NCBI GenBank assembly: GCA_000708835.1
Contig: DF237053.1
Coordinates: 1 to 64,000 of the forward strand
Source: Klebsormidium nitens
Lineage: Eukaryota > Plantae > Klebsormidiophyceae
DNA: 64,000 bases
Reading direction: 5' to 3'
Shown piece after piece: positions 1 to 9,872 of the stretch; the first letter of the stretch is position 1; the number at the start of each line of letters is the position of its first letter. The notes under the pieces were generated by a model. The model saw only the letters and a program-made list of their open reading frames with translations. It ran no database searches and had not been told where the DNA came from. The translations under genes and the position numbers were made by a program.

Positions 1-240
1 GTAGTGATTCGGGGTCTCCCCAGCTGCCTGAAGCTGCTCCAAGTAGTTCACAAACGCCCGAGAGTCCGAAAAGCTCGAAAAGCTCTTGAACCCTCCCGAG
101 TCGCTCAGGTTGCAGGATCCGATCAGCGAGTGGGCGTTCGCCTGCTGGTGCTAAACGGCCGCCGCCTTCTTCGGGAACCAAGGCTGGCCCAAAAAGTCCT
201 CGTGCCATAAGGAAACTGAGCTGCTAGAGCCCCGGGCCTT
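1..240 (-). pseudogene. Possible archaeo-eukaryotic primase (PrimPol-like) N-terminal fragment with an in-frame stop; runs off the left edge of the window
   Basis: Minus-strand frame reads KARGSSSSVSLWHEDFLGQPWFPKKAAAV*HQQANAHSLIGSCNLSDSGGFKSFSSFSDSRAFVNYLEQLQAAGETPNHY. The spacing recalls the PrimPol segment before motif I (W..F..Q..A ... G.R.F ... F..YY ... H.YE). Resemblance is by eye only. TAG at 151-153. Confidence 0.3.
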
Positions 241-244
241 TAAT

Positions 245-655
245 GTGTCCCCACCTTGGGACCGAGGTCGGAGTGTCCGACCTAAATGCGAGGTTCTCAT
301 TGGCCGCCAGAGGTGGGACACGGTCGCTACGAGCCGTCGCTTCACATTTTCTGCGTAGATAAGCTATTTACACTAGCACTGGTACTAGTAAACAGCCTAG
401 CTGGGCCTCGATTTAAAATATAAGTCGGTAGATCGATCACATAACCGACCACTGACACTGAAGTCCTAGACCACTAGGCTGGGCCTACAGGCTCGAAATG
501 CGGCCGCAAATAATTGTCATAAGCCGGCGGATCGATATACCGCCGTTTTCGGCCTGAACCAAAATCCGCGCTGGATCCACACCCGACCCAAGGTACCGAC
601 GGTGCTTGCTGACGTTGTCCGTGGCCAATCCAAGGGCCGCATTTAGGTGGGACAC
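245..655. repeat. 33-bp imperfect inverted repeat (273-305 / 623-655) plus several GTGTCC(C/G)ACCT motif copies in both orientations
   Basis: 273-305 gtgtccgacctaaatgcgaggttctcattggcc versus the reverse complement of 623-655 gtgtcccacctaaatgcggcccttggattggcc. The motif also occurs at 245-256 and reversed at 311-321. Confidence 0.75.
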
Positions 656-925
656 GGACCGCCGGTCCAAAGGTGTGGACAGATTAAAGGCCGGCCTTGG
701 AAAATCAGAGTCCTTATGTGCGGCAGGTGATGCTGCGACCATAGCAAAGATGTTCATCAGTCGTTGTTTCCAGCGTAGCGTTTGCACATGAATCGGAGCG
801 TCATCTCGCCGTTCCACTACGAGCGGCCAGAAAGATGGCCGTTTGGCATTTAGCGGGCCCCAAAAAGCACCTAAAGCGCACTCGTTCCTCAAGAGACATG
901 GAAGGGACCTCGCGGGAATCATATC

Positions 926-1054
926 GTGCCTGAGATCGGTCGGGAACAAATATTGATTCCATTTCTATAGATGTCTTAATATCTGGAATACGATTTGTTC
1001 CCGCGCCAATTGATGCACTCGAAATTGATAGGTCTTGTGCATCCAAGTCAATCT
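926..1054. repeat. Hairpin-containing dispersed repeat, copy 1
   Basis: gtgcctgagatcggtcgggaacaaatattgattccatttctatagatgtcttaatatctgg... matches 1210-1333 and 2591-2676. Internal inverted repeat cgggaacaaat (941-951) / atttgttcccg (993-1003). Confidence 0.9.
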
Positions 1055-1209
1055 GGCAGTGTGTTCAAAAAAAGGCGTTCAAATATAGGCGACAAATGAG
1101 GGGTGCCAGATTCAAAACATCGTCGAGAGAATCTTCTGGTGTGCAACTTTGGCCGAACGGGCCTGGATCTCAGCAGTCAGCGAAGAGAGCCAGAGCGGGT
1201 TGTTCGATT

Positions 1210-1333
1210 TGAGATTGGCCGGGAACAAATATTGATTCCATTCCTACATATGTCTTAATATCTGGGATACGATCTGTTCCCGTGCCAATGGCTGCACCCG
1301 GTCCTGATAGGTCATGTGCATCCGAGTCAATCT
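1210..1333. repeat. Hairpin-containing dispersed repeat, copy 2
   Basis: Aligns with copy 1 through ...gataggtcatgtgcatccgagtcaatct. One mismatch in the stem. Confidence 0.9.
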
Positions 1334-2590
1334 TGATGCGCTTGATATGTGCCGAGATGCAGTCACGACGCAAACAAGCTTGTACATAGAAGCATCTCCA
1401 ACATACCGTTGCAGCATCCAAATATAATTCGCCGCTTGCATAAGGCATGGCCGAAGGGCGGCCCACTTGCATGAGGCTTCATACTAGTTAGTCATCACGA
1501 TTCATTGATTCGGAGCTTCGGACACAGTCTGATTCATATCTGATACTGCCGAGTCTGAATATTATTGAGAACTCACGAATCCTGCATCGGAGGCTACTTA
1601 GAAGCTGAAAGTCGATGGAAAAGGTTTGATTACCTCACTCCATTAGTGAGTGTATCATTCTTCAGGAACAAGCATCGGACGTTTGAAGCAACCGTTGCCA
1701 TTAACCTGAACTTCACGACCCTACTAAAAACTTAATAAGTACTATGCACAGTCGAGCAATTGATGTACCTGGCCTTGCTCGTCGACAACTGTCTGCTCCT
1801 GGCTGCATCCGAGAGCACGCGCTGCGAATCCGTCTTGAGGGCCCACTTCCTGCCAAATATCATCAGTCATCGTCAAGGCTGGGGACCAGGCCGCCATGTG
1901 ATACAACACACAGAAAGACGAGCAATGCTAGCGCGCACATCTGGGCCTTCAACTAGTACGTACTGTATCCGCATCTTGGTGAAGTCACTAACTGCAAGCT
2001 CTATGCTGCAGGTACGATCGCATATTCACCTCTGGAAGCAGTCGTGGGGACAGCAGATGCTCTCCCTCAGAGTCTTGCAAGAAGATGATGCGGCGACGCT
2101 TCCTGTCAAGCGCTTGCCCTGTCAATATCATGGGGCTGAGGTCCTCTTCGAGAGAATCTTCGCCTGACAACCTCTTGCCCACACCGCCATGCTGCTGCTC
2201 AACTAAGGGGCGGCGAGACGGAGCCACCTGTGAAATTCGACAAGTGCAGGATGTCAAATATGGATGCAAGCAAACCCCAGTGAGCTTCCATTAGCAAAGG
2301 GTGCTGCGCCGCATACAGCCGTGAAGCATGACCCTCGAAAACTTGATGTTGTTCATGCTTCAATCAAGTTAGAGGCACACCCATGACAACCAGCTGCAAC
2401 AAGTCACTGCCAAGCTTGCACAAATAGCCGCCTTCAGGCTTCCGTTCTTACCTTGCGTATGCACGGTGGTGGTGTGCTAAATCCCTTCTTGAAAGCGCTG
2501 CCAGCGGTCCAAAGGAACGGAGAGGTAGGTGAGAACCCCTGGACAAGTATATAGGGGGACGAGAGTAAGTGAAAGTGCTCGTGCGTCAGC

Positions 2591-2676
2591 CGTGCCTGAG
2601 ATCGATCGGGAACAAATATTGATTCCATTTCTATAGATGTCTTAATATCTGGGACATGGGACACGATTTGTTCCCG
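2591..2676. repeat. Hairpin-containing dispersed repeat, copy 3
   Basis: Near-identical to 926-1003. Contains an extra 7-bp tandem duplication (tgggaca x2). Stem at 2607-2617 / 2666-2676. Confidence 0.9.
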
Positions 2677-2779
2677 CCATATTCATGAGCACAGCAGCAA
2701 CTGGTCTAGAGACCCATTTTATGAATGCAAGGTCACGCTAGACTGCACTCTGCCAGGATGCTAGAAGCAGACTAATGCG

Positions 2780-4780
2780 CGCCTAGAAAGAATCAAACTG
2801 CGAAGTCCCTGATAGTCTGGCCCATGGATGTATATGGACCTGGGATAGAGCAAGGCCTGCCAACCACATTGAAGCAATGTGTGAGTGACTCACCAGAGCG
2901 CGGCTCTTCTTGCTCTTCTCAAGACGTTTCGGCAGTTGAGCTGGGCTGAGACTGTTTTCATTTGTGAGAGCCCGGTAGAAGTTCGGGCCTTGGATGCTTG
3001 CGGAGTCTCCATCATTCAAGAAATCCTCTAGAGAACGTCCAGACTTGGACCCGTCAACAGACCGATCAGCGTACTCAACACCTTCAATGTCCTCGCCTTG
3101 GGTTTCTTCAGAAGCAGATGAGCCGCTGGAGAAGAGAAAAACAGGCGCACATCAGCTGACTGTTGACCAGGGTTGGCATGAACAGCGGATGGCATTTTGA
3201 TGTCATCTTTTCGTGCAGCTTATCAATCTGTGACTTGCAATCGAGCTGGCGGCGCAGATTTAGCTCGAAGCCCCCCATCTCCACTAGCAGGATGGGCGAC
3301 GCACCCCGCTGCCTGACTACGCTAAGCCAGTCTTGTGACTTTCTTCACAAATGCCTCTCCATTCAAAGCTGTTCTTGCTGTGGATGGGAAATGTATTGGA
3401 TACAGCATGTCACTTGATGAGAGCATTCCTTTCACCTTCCGTGGCTAGTGGATTGACCAGAAGACTAAGAAAGAGCTTTTGTGTTCAGTGCTTTGCAGAC
3501 AACATACGAAGAGGCAGACTTTCAACTGCACAACTCAGCTGACCACCCCAGTCCCGGCAGTGTCAAGGTCACCTTTCAAGAAGGGGAAGAATACCTTTGT
3601 CCTGCACTTGCAGGACATGATTGCGAAAACTAAATTTCCAGATTCTGGAACGAAGACCATCAAGAAGGCTGCCCCAGAGAAAGCTGGGTTAATCAAGTGC
3701 CCCAGAAACACTTTAGAAGGGCTACTAGAAATCTGTTTTTGGTGAGACAGCGGGAATTCTGAATGTATGAAGAAAATAGTGCTGAGGGAACCCAAGACTA
3801 TGCACTGCGGATCTCAGCAATTCTGCTCAGGACTTTGCATACTTTTGGCTCACTGTCGAAAGCTTCTGCAATTCAAACTCCCAAGAAATCCGTCAGAAAT
3901 TGGTGCCAACTAGATTGACCGAAACATTCCCCCAGCCAGTTCGTGTGTTTTTGCTTCACCAACGTTTCTCAGTCCCGCCTGAAGGCACTCGAAAAAGTCC
4001 CACAGATTTGCTGCAACTCGCAGTATTGAACGTCGTCCATGGCCAAGCATGGAACTGCTTTTCAACCTGGCTGCATAATTCTGGTGTTTGATAACCCAAA
4101 CAAGCAATCAGTCAAGGAGGAGGTGCTAGGTAAAGTTCCTCCTTTTCTTCGTATAAGTAAGATTAGTGTCCGGCATCAACAACTTCATGGTCGAGGACTG
4201 TCATTGTTTTCAGAGTGCAGCTGAAGACCACTGCTCAGCATGTTTGCCCAATGTACTTCTTGCCACCAGGTGGCACAGCGTCCCGGCTTGATCTGATCTT
4301 GAATCTGGCAGACAAGTCGTCTTTGCTTGTAACAGCGCTTACCTTTCCCAATGGAAATGCAGGTTGGAAGCCATTGCCCGCAGCTCGTAATTGCAGCTTC
4401 AATGGTGGTATTCTCTGCCAGTTATTTTGATGGCGCTGCTCCTATAATGCCAATGGCTTGAAGCTGAGTGTACTTGGAGCTCAGTTTTGGCAGCTCAACG
4501 TGGGGTTCAATGATGCTGGTGACCGCAGATCAAGCAGGCTGTGCACAGTTGCTGATGCCCAACTGTGGAGCTGCCCAATTGCTGGCAGCCGGCGCTTCCA
4601 CCCTGGCAGTTCAGGCCGGCAGTGTCAAAGTATTCTATGGATAAAGCGAAATTAGTTAGAAGTGACGCTGAGGCTGGAAAGAACTTGCGGCGGCTTGGCC
4701 CATTTGTGCATCTGCAAGGGCCAAGACTGAGCACCACCCACAGAGGACGGTGCAGCAAGTCAGAACGCACAGGAAGCTAC
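2780..4780 (-). pseudogene. Heavily decayed coding-like region, possibly an F-box/LRR remnant
   Basis: Fragments such as LPKLSSKYTQLQAIGII, LTQLSLG and LTLPGL lie between many stops. The region looks CpG-poor. No continuous model could be built. Confidence 0.22.
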
Positions 4781-4959
4781 CCCAGCTGACAACTCGGCGA
4801 TCTTGCTCTTTGCCTTGAGCTGCACTCTAGCGACGGCCAGCTCGCTTATTCTGCTGATGGATGCTGGGAATGAGGCTATACGTTCGGAACTTCGGACCTT
4901 GGTTGGGAAATGAGAATTTACGTTCGGAATATTGGAATTTATAGGCCCGCATTGCTGCA

Positions 4960-5310
4960 ACACGGGACGGTCCGGTCGGTACGGGCCGACCAGAAAGCCC
5001 CGACATTCGTTCACGTATACGGAGGCAAACTCCGGAATTTGATTGTGCTTCCACGTGGTGGAATGTGAGGGCCGCGAAGCCTGGCTTGCGTCCACGTATA
5101 TGTCCAGATCTGTCCAGATGCCGTGCGTATATATGGCTTTGGGATTGCACTGTCCCGCTCGGGAGCAGAGCGGGTCGGGACGGGACGATCGATCGAGCCA
5201 CCGGCCGGGACGGTCGGGGGGACACGTGGCGGCACGGGAGTGGGCGGTTTTATGCCGGATTTCAGATGGTTAGTTGCCGGCGGCCCCTGTCCGACGGGCC
5301 CTGCCGGTTT
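4960..5310. repeat. GC-rich cluster with three CGGGACGG motifs (4963, 5176, 5206); possible DNA-transposon subterminal remnant
   Basis: The motif copies are seen directly. No TIR pair or target-site duplication was identified. Confidence 0.3.
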
Positions 5311-5717
5311 ACAGGTGACTGCGAATGTTTCAGTGACAATAAGTGACGGAAAGGCAGCCGGCCGGCCAAAGCTTGGATACAACTTGAAGCTCTGAACAGG
5401 ACACCATCCTAGCAATGCCATGCACTGGAGACAATTATACATCCCGCTTCCATCAGTATGGATCAGGACGCGTACCGTACATGTGGGGAGCAACCCTTGG
5501 TCTGTTAATCTAATGGTACTAGGTGCATTCGATCCAACAGGGATCCAACGAAGGTTGACGTGGTTCGATGGCGCCGGCCGTGAAGGCTATGGTTGATTGT
5601 ACGTCAATGAAGATTCTACTCCAAACTAGCGTATGTGCAATAAGCAGACGTTTGACTTGCATTGACACACGTCTACAGGAGACATTGCAGAACTCAAAAC
5701 ATCATCACGTCAACCCC

Positions 5718-7589
5718 TTAATCACAATGTAACAACCGTACTGCGGACAAAAAGCCGACCTTCTCTATTTCTGCCCACCCAACTTCTTCTCCCTCTAACC
5801 ACTGGACTTCGTCAACCTCTGGCCACCCAATGGTTCGCGGCTCGGAGTCCCCCACCCGCTTGCTAACCTCTCCTTCCGCCTCAAGCTCGTCCCTTACACA
5901 CTTCCCACCCGCCTCCGCTTCCAACTCCCCCTCTAACGTCCTCCTAAGTCTATCGACAACCACAAAGGGACTCAAACTGTCCTTCATGGCGTCAAAGTAG
6001 GGCACCATGTACTCATAATCTTGCTGTAGAATCTCGCCTATAACCCGAACTCCCGGGGGCCCCCACGCTGTTGCGAAATAACCTTCTAAGACTACCCAGT
6101 GCCTAACTCTTTCTGTCAAAGAGGGGCCTTCAAGATCCTGTTCGGGAGAGGTAGTTGCGTCTCAATCGCTGCCAAAAAAAGGTAAACCTTATTTGAATTT
6201 ACGGTCCACTGACATCTTCCAAGGGCCAACGCGCTTCTGAAGACAGGCTGAAGCGCTTCTCGAATTGTAGAGTACATGTTGAAGATAATCAACGAAAACA
6301 AAGGTGAGCAGAAGCTATGCAAGGACCAACACCAAAGAACCACGGGCTACTCACCATCTTTCCAATGCGCTCGTCTATTGCCTTGAGCGTGGCCCGGTCC
6401 TCGACTTTGCCCTTATTCAGTGCAGCTAACTCCGACTTTATCGTCGCCATATCTTCTTCGCTTCCAGTTCCGCCTAACCCTGATTTTCCACAAAAGAGTG
6501 CTAATAAGAAAGGGCGTAGCGAGCTGCGAAGACACTTTGTTGAGTTGGGACAATAAAGCTTAAAACATTGCAATGTCGTTGTTTGGAAACACCTGATCAA
6601 GTGCGAACTCAGCAAACGTCAAAACCGTACAGTTTGATAAGGAACACCCGCGCCGAAAAGAAACTTATTTGGGGCTAGATATACTGCTCCGCTGAACATT
6701 ATAAGAATGTCTGGTGCCAGGTCTCGGGGGGAGCAATGAGCTGAGAGATATTCAATTACGAACGCGCAATGACCATTGGGACCGATTCTTCTGTGCAGAA
6801 CACGGCAACTCGGTTTAAGTGGTGGCTGATGACGATGTGACGGCCACCAGCGGCAATAGCGCAATCATTTAACGTGGTTAGCTTCTCAACCTGGAAAAGT
6901 CTAACAAGCTTTGAAGGATCCAGGTGCCAATTGTCTAGGCTGACCATGTAATGTGTTAAGTCGCACCCTGGCGAGGCAGAACTGCAGGCGAGATCTCGTG
7001 ACTGTCCGAGGCATGTCAAAAAGATGGGATAGAGCATGAGTGTGTCTGACTTGCAGAGCACTTCATATGACATGGCGTCAGCTCCGGATTGCAAGAAGCA
7101 CAAAATAATAGGCTTCCGCACATGGCAGCGCCCTATTTCACGCTGTCCACAACGGCTTTTGTTCGTCTCATAATCGCTCCTATCACCCAGAGTTACAACC
7201 GTTTAAGAGCTCTGATCGAACGTCCATCTCAGCTCTGGGGCTTCTCAAGGGCCCCTAAAGCCTGAGAGACCCGCTTCCAGCTTGTCAGCAGATAAGCTAC
7301 TAGATCTCCAGAGGTAATCGAGTGAGATGCTAGCCTTTTTTAAGTACATGAGTCTGAAATAAATTGCACATGTTCGCATGAAGTCAGTCAAGATACACCT
7401 TTCCGACTCACGCGATCCAAAGTCGTAGAACCCCGCTGTGACCGGCTCCCCTTTCATCGGCACGTAGTCATCCACTCGCCTCACAAGCGCTCCCGGTCTG
7501 ACAAGCAAGTCCAGCATCTCCAGAATGTCACCAAGGGCTTCCCCGGACTTGAATTTGTAGTCTTTGCCGTGGGCACGGACAATAACCAC
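5718..7589 (-). CDS. Hypothetical spliced gene or remnant: small N-terminal domain, coiled coil, uncharacterised acidic C-terminal region
   Basis: Exon-like blocks: about 7589-7410 (VVIVRAHGKDYKF...GFYDFGS, flanked by ctgcag| and |gtgagt), about 6478-6355 (LGGTGSEEDMATIKSELAALNKGKVEDRATLKAIDERIGKM|gtgagt) and about 6137-5718 (ERVRHWVVLEGYFATAWGPPG...). The first two join in phase 1. The start codon and last acceptor are uncertain. Confidence 0.4.
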
Positions 7590-7899
7590 CTGCAGATCAT
7601 GGCCTCTTTAGCAAAAAGTCTCGGCTATCCTTTGTTGACATACTTGATCCCCTATATAGTTGGTCAGACATCACACGGAGGACGGCTGGTTTGCAGGCTG
7701 AGCTTGAGCCTGAGCATACCCGTTCCTGAGATAAAATAACCGGTCAAATCCTGGCACCAAACCCCGTTTCGAGTACAATGTCGACCAGCAACAGTGCTGC
7801 ACAACTGGAAAGCTGGACTAGGCGTGTAAGCTTCTTGATGCTAGTGATTGAAGGGAGTGTCTGGATACAAGGGCCCCCGCCTTCATAAGACAGGTGCAG

Positions 7900-9600
7900 T
7901 ACCATCATACTCATAAACTTTACCGCAAAGAAGATGGTCTTTCATTGTTGCCTGTGTCTGCCCTTCTACAGCTGATCTAGCGATGCTTGCTCCAATCTGA
8001 AGGCTTTCTGCGGCACGTCTGCCTTGACCAGAAGCTCACAAGCGCACATAAAGTAGGAACCAAAACTCTGGCAATCAAGCTTTGACACGTAAGCTTGCAA
8101 AGCAGATGATCGAGAAACTGCTCCATCCAGTCAAGAAATGCACAACCGAAGGATCAATCACGTGGAGCCTGAGATACCTGTACACTGACCGAAGTAGGAC
8201 AATAAACTGGGAACATAAAGCCCCAAACATTGAGAGAACGTCAGCAGAGACAACCACGGGTAACCTCTGTTACTGAGTATACGGGAACAACACACCTTCT
8301 CCGGACCAAGTTCGTCTCCCTGCTCGATAATCCTTCCAACTCCCCCCAATCCCGCCTGGAGCCGAAATCTTTGTAGGCGAGGTCGTTGCGCCTGCTGCTT
8401 GAACGGGTCAGCCACAAGTTTTCGACCTGGACAAATCAAGATACCACGTGCTCAGTATGGCTTCCCAAATACTAAGGAGGCTTCAACATCATTGTATTTG
8501 TGTATCAAAACCCAATTTGAAGGGGAGGAGAACTTTTGCAGAGAAGAGCTGATTGCAGGCATGCAAGGCTGCCAACAGGCCACAAGAGTGTCCCTGCTTG
8601 AGAGGGTTCACTTGGGCGGAGTTGCAATCAAGCATGATTGCATTTTTATGGCTGCTATTATGTCTGGTTGAAAATTGCAGCGCACACAAATGCCACAGAA
8701 GCGGAATTTTGAATCATTGTCCTGATTGAGTCTGGATGGGTGTGCTGCCACCAGTGCCAAAGTCTCTTCACAGGACTGAACAACCTGACAAGACATCGAC
8801 AGATCCGGGACCGCGGATAAATTACAACAGCCATTTCTCAGTTTCTTATCAGACTGTAAGCTCAAAGCTTCAACATGAAGTTCCTGAAGATCCAATTCAG
8901 CACGATTTGACCACCAGATATACTTTCTGTCGCCAGCTGAAACAATACATGGACTTGCGTGTTGCCACCTTTTGATCCTACTTGTTACATCGTCTGCCAC
9001 ACACATTTGAAAGTTTGAGAACCTTGTGACATCTCTCTACTGCCTGGTTTCAACTTCTCTACAGCCAAAACCCAGCCTCTAACAGACACTCTGCTGCACG
9101 CCAAGTCTCCAATACCATCTCAAATTTTTGAAGCTCATACTCCCCAGGTCGGAAGCTAATAAAACTTTATGCACACAAGACTCTCCTCATCCTCACACAG
9201 GAATCTCCTCAACCGGCACTCCTCATAAATCGTTTTCTGGAGTGCATGGGAAGCGCAAATAGGTACCTAGAATGGCTCGCATGTGGCTCTCTGCTTCTGC
9301 CGGGAAACACTGGTGGCTGAGCGCCCTTCCCCCGGCCTGGGCGCCTCCCACAGCAACCACCGCCGACATGGGGATCCAGCACCCCCCGCAGCCGAAAACT
9401 TCAATCGCAATCAGTTCCTGGCCCAGCTCCTGGCCCAGCAGAGTCACAGACTGGGAGACATTCTATTTTGTCTCCGCACAATATCGCGTATCAAAGCCAG
9501 CAACTCTCACAGTCCGCACCTCATCCAAACATTCTGCAGGCAGCCAGAAGCACAGGTTCCTACCCCTCGAATTGGATCTTCTGACGATGGAGGCGATTTG
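7900..9600 (-). pseudogene. Decayed F-box/RNI-type LRR-like remnant
   Basis: LRR-like fragments LDLQELHVEALSLQS, GCCNLSAVPDLSMSC, WYLDLSRSKTC and YPWLSLLTFSQCLGL occur in different frames with stops. Confidence 0.3.
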
Positions 9601-9872
9601 TAGAGCTGCTTACTTAAAACACTCTTAAGTTTTGCCCGGCAGAAGGATATGGCAGCAAGAGAACCTTCTCTCATTGTCCATCACGACACGACTCGGAGTC
9701 GGACTCAGAGCAAAAAGGCCTGCATTAAACTCTGACAGTCTCAAAATCGCGGCCGCGTTGAGGAAACGTCGCGGCCGCTGGCATGGCATTTCTAAGGAGG
9801 ACTCGATCAGCTTTCTACTCCGCAGCGACAGATTCCATCATTTGAGAAGCAGGAGGAGGCGCACCAGCCGCA

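Noticed and set aside
1170-1472. ELYLDAATVCWRCFYVQAC as a primase Zn finger
   Set aside because: It lies upstream of the AEP-like fragment (wrong domain order) and the Cys/His ligands are incomplete.
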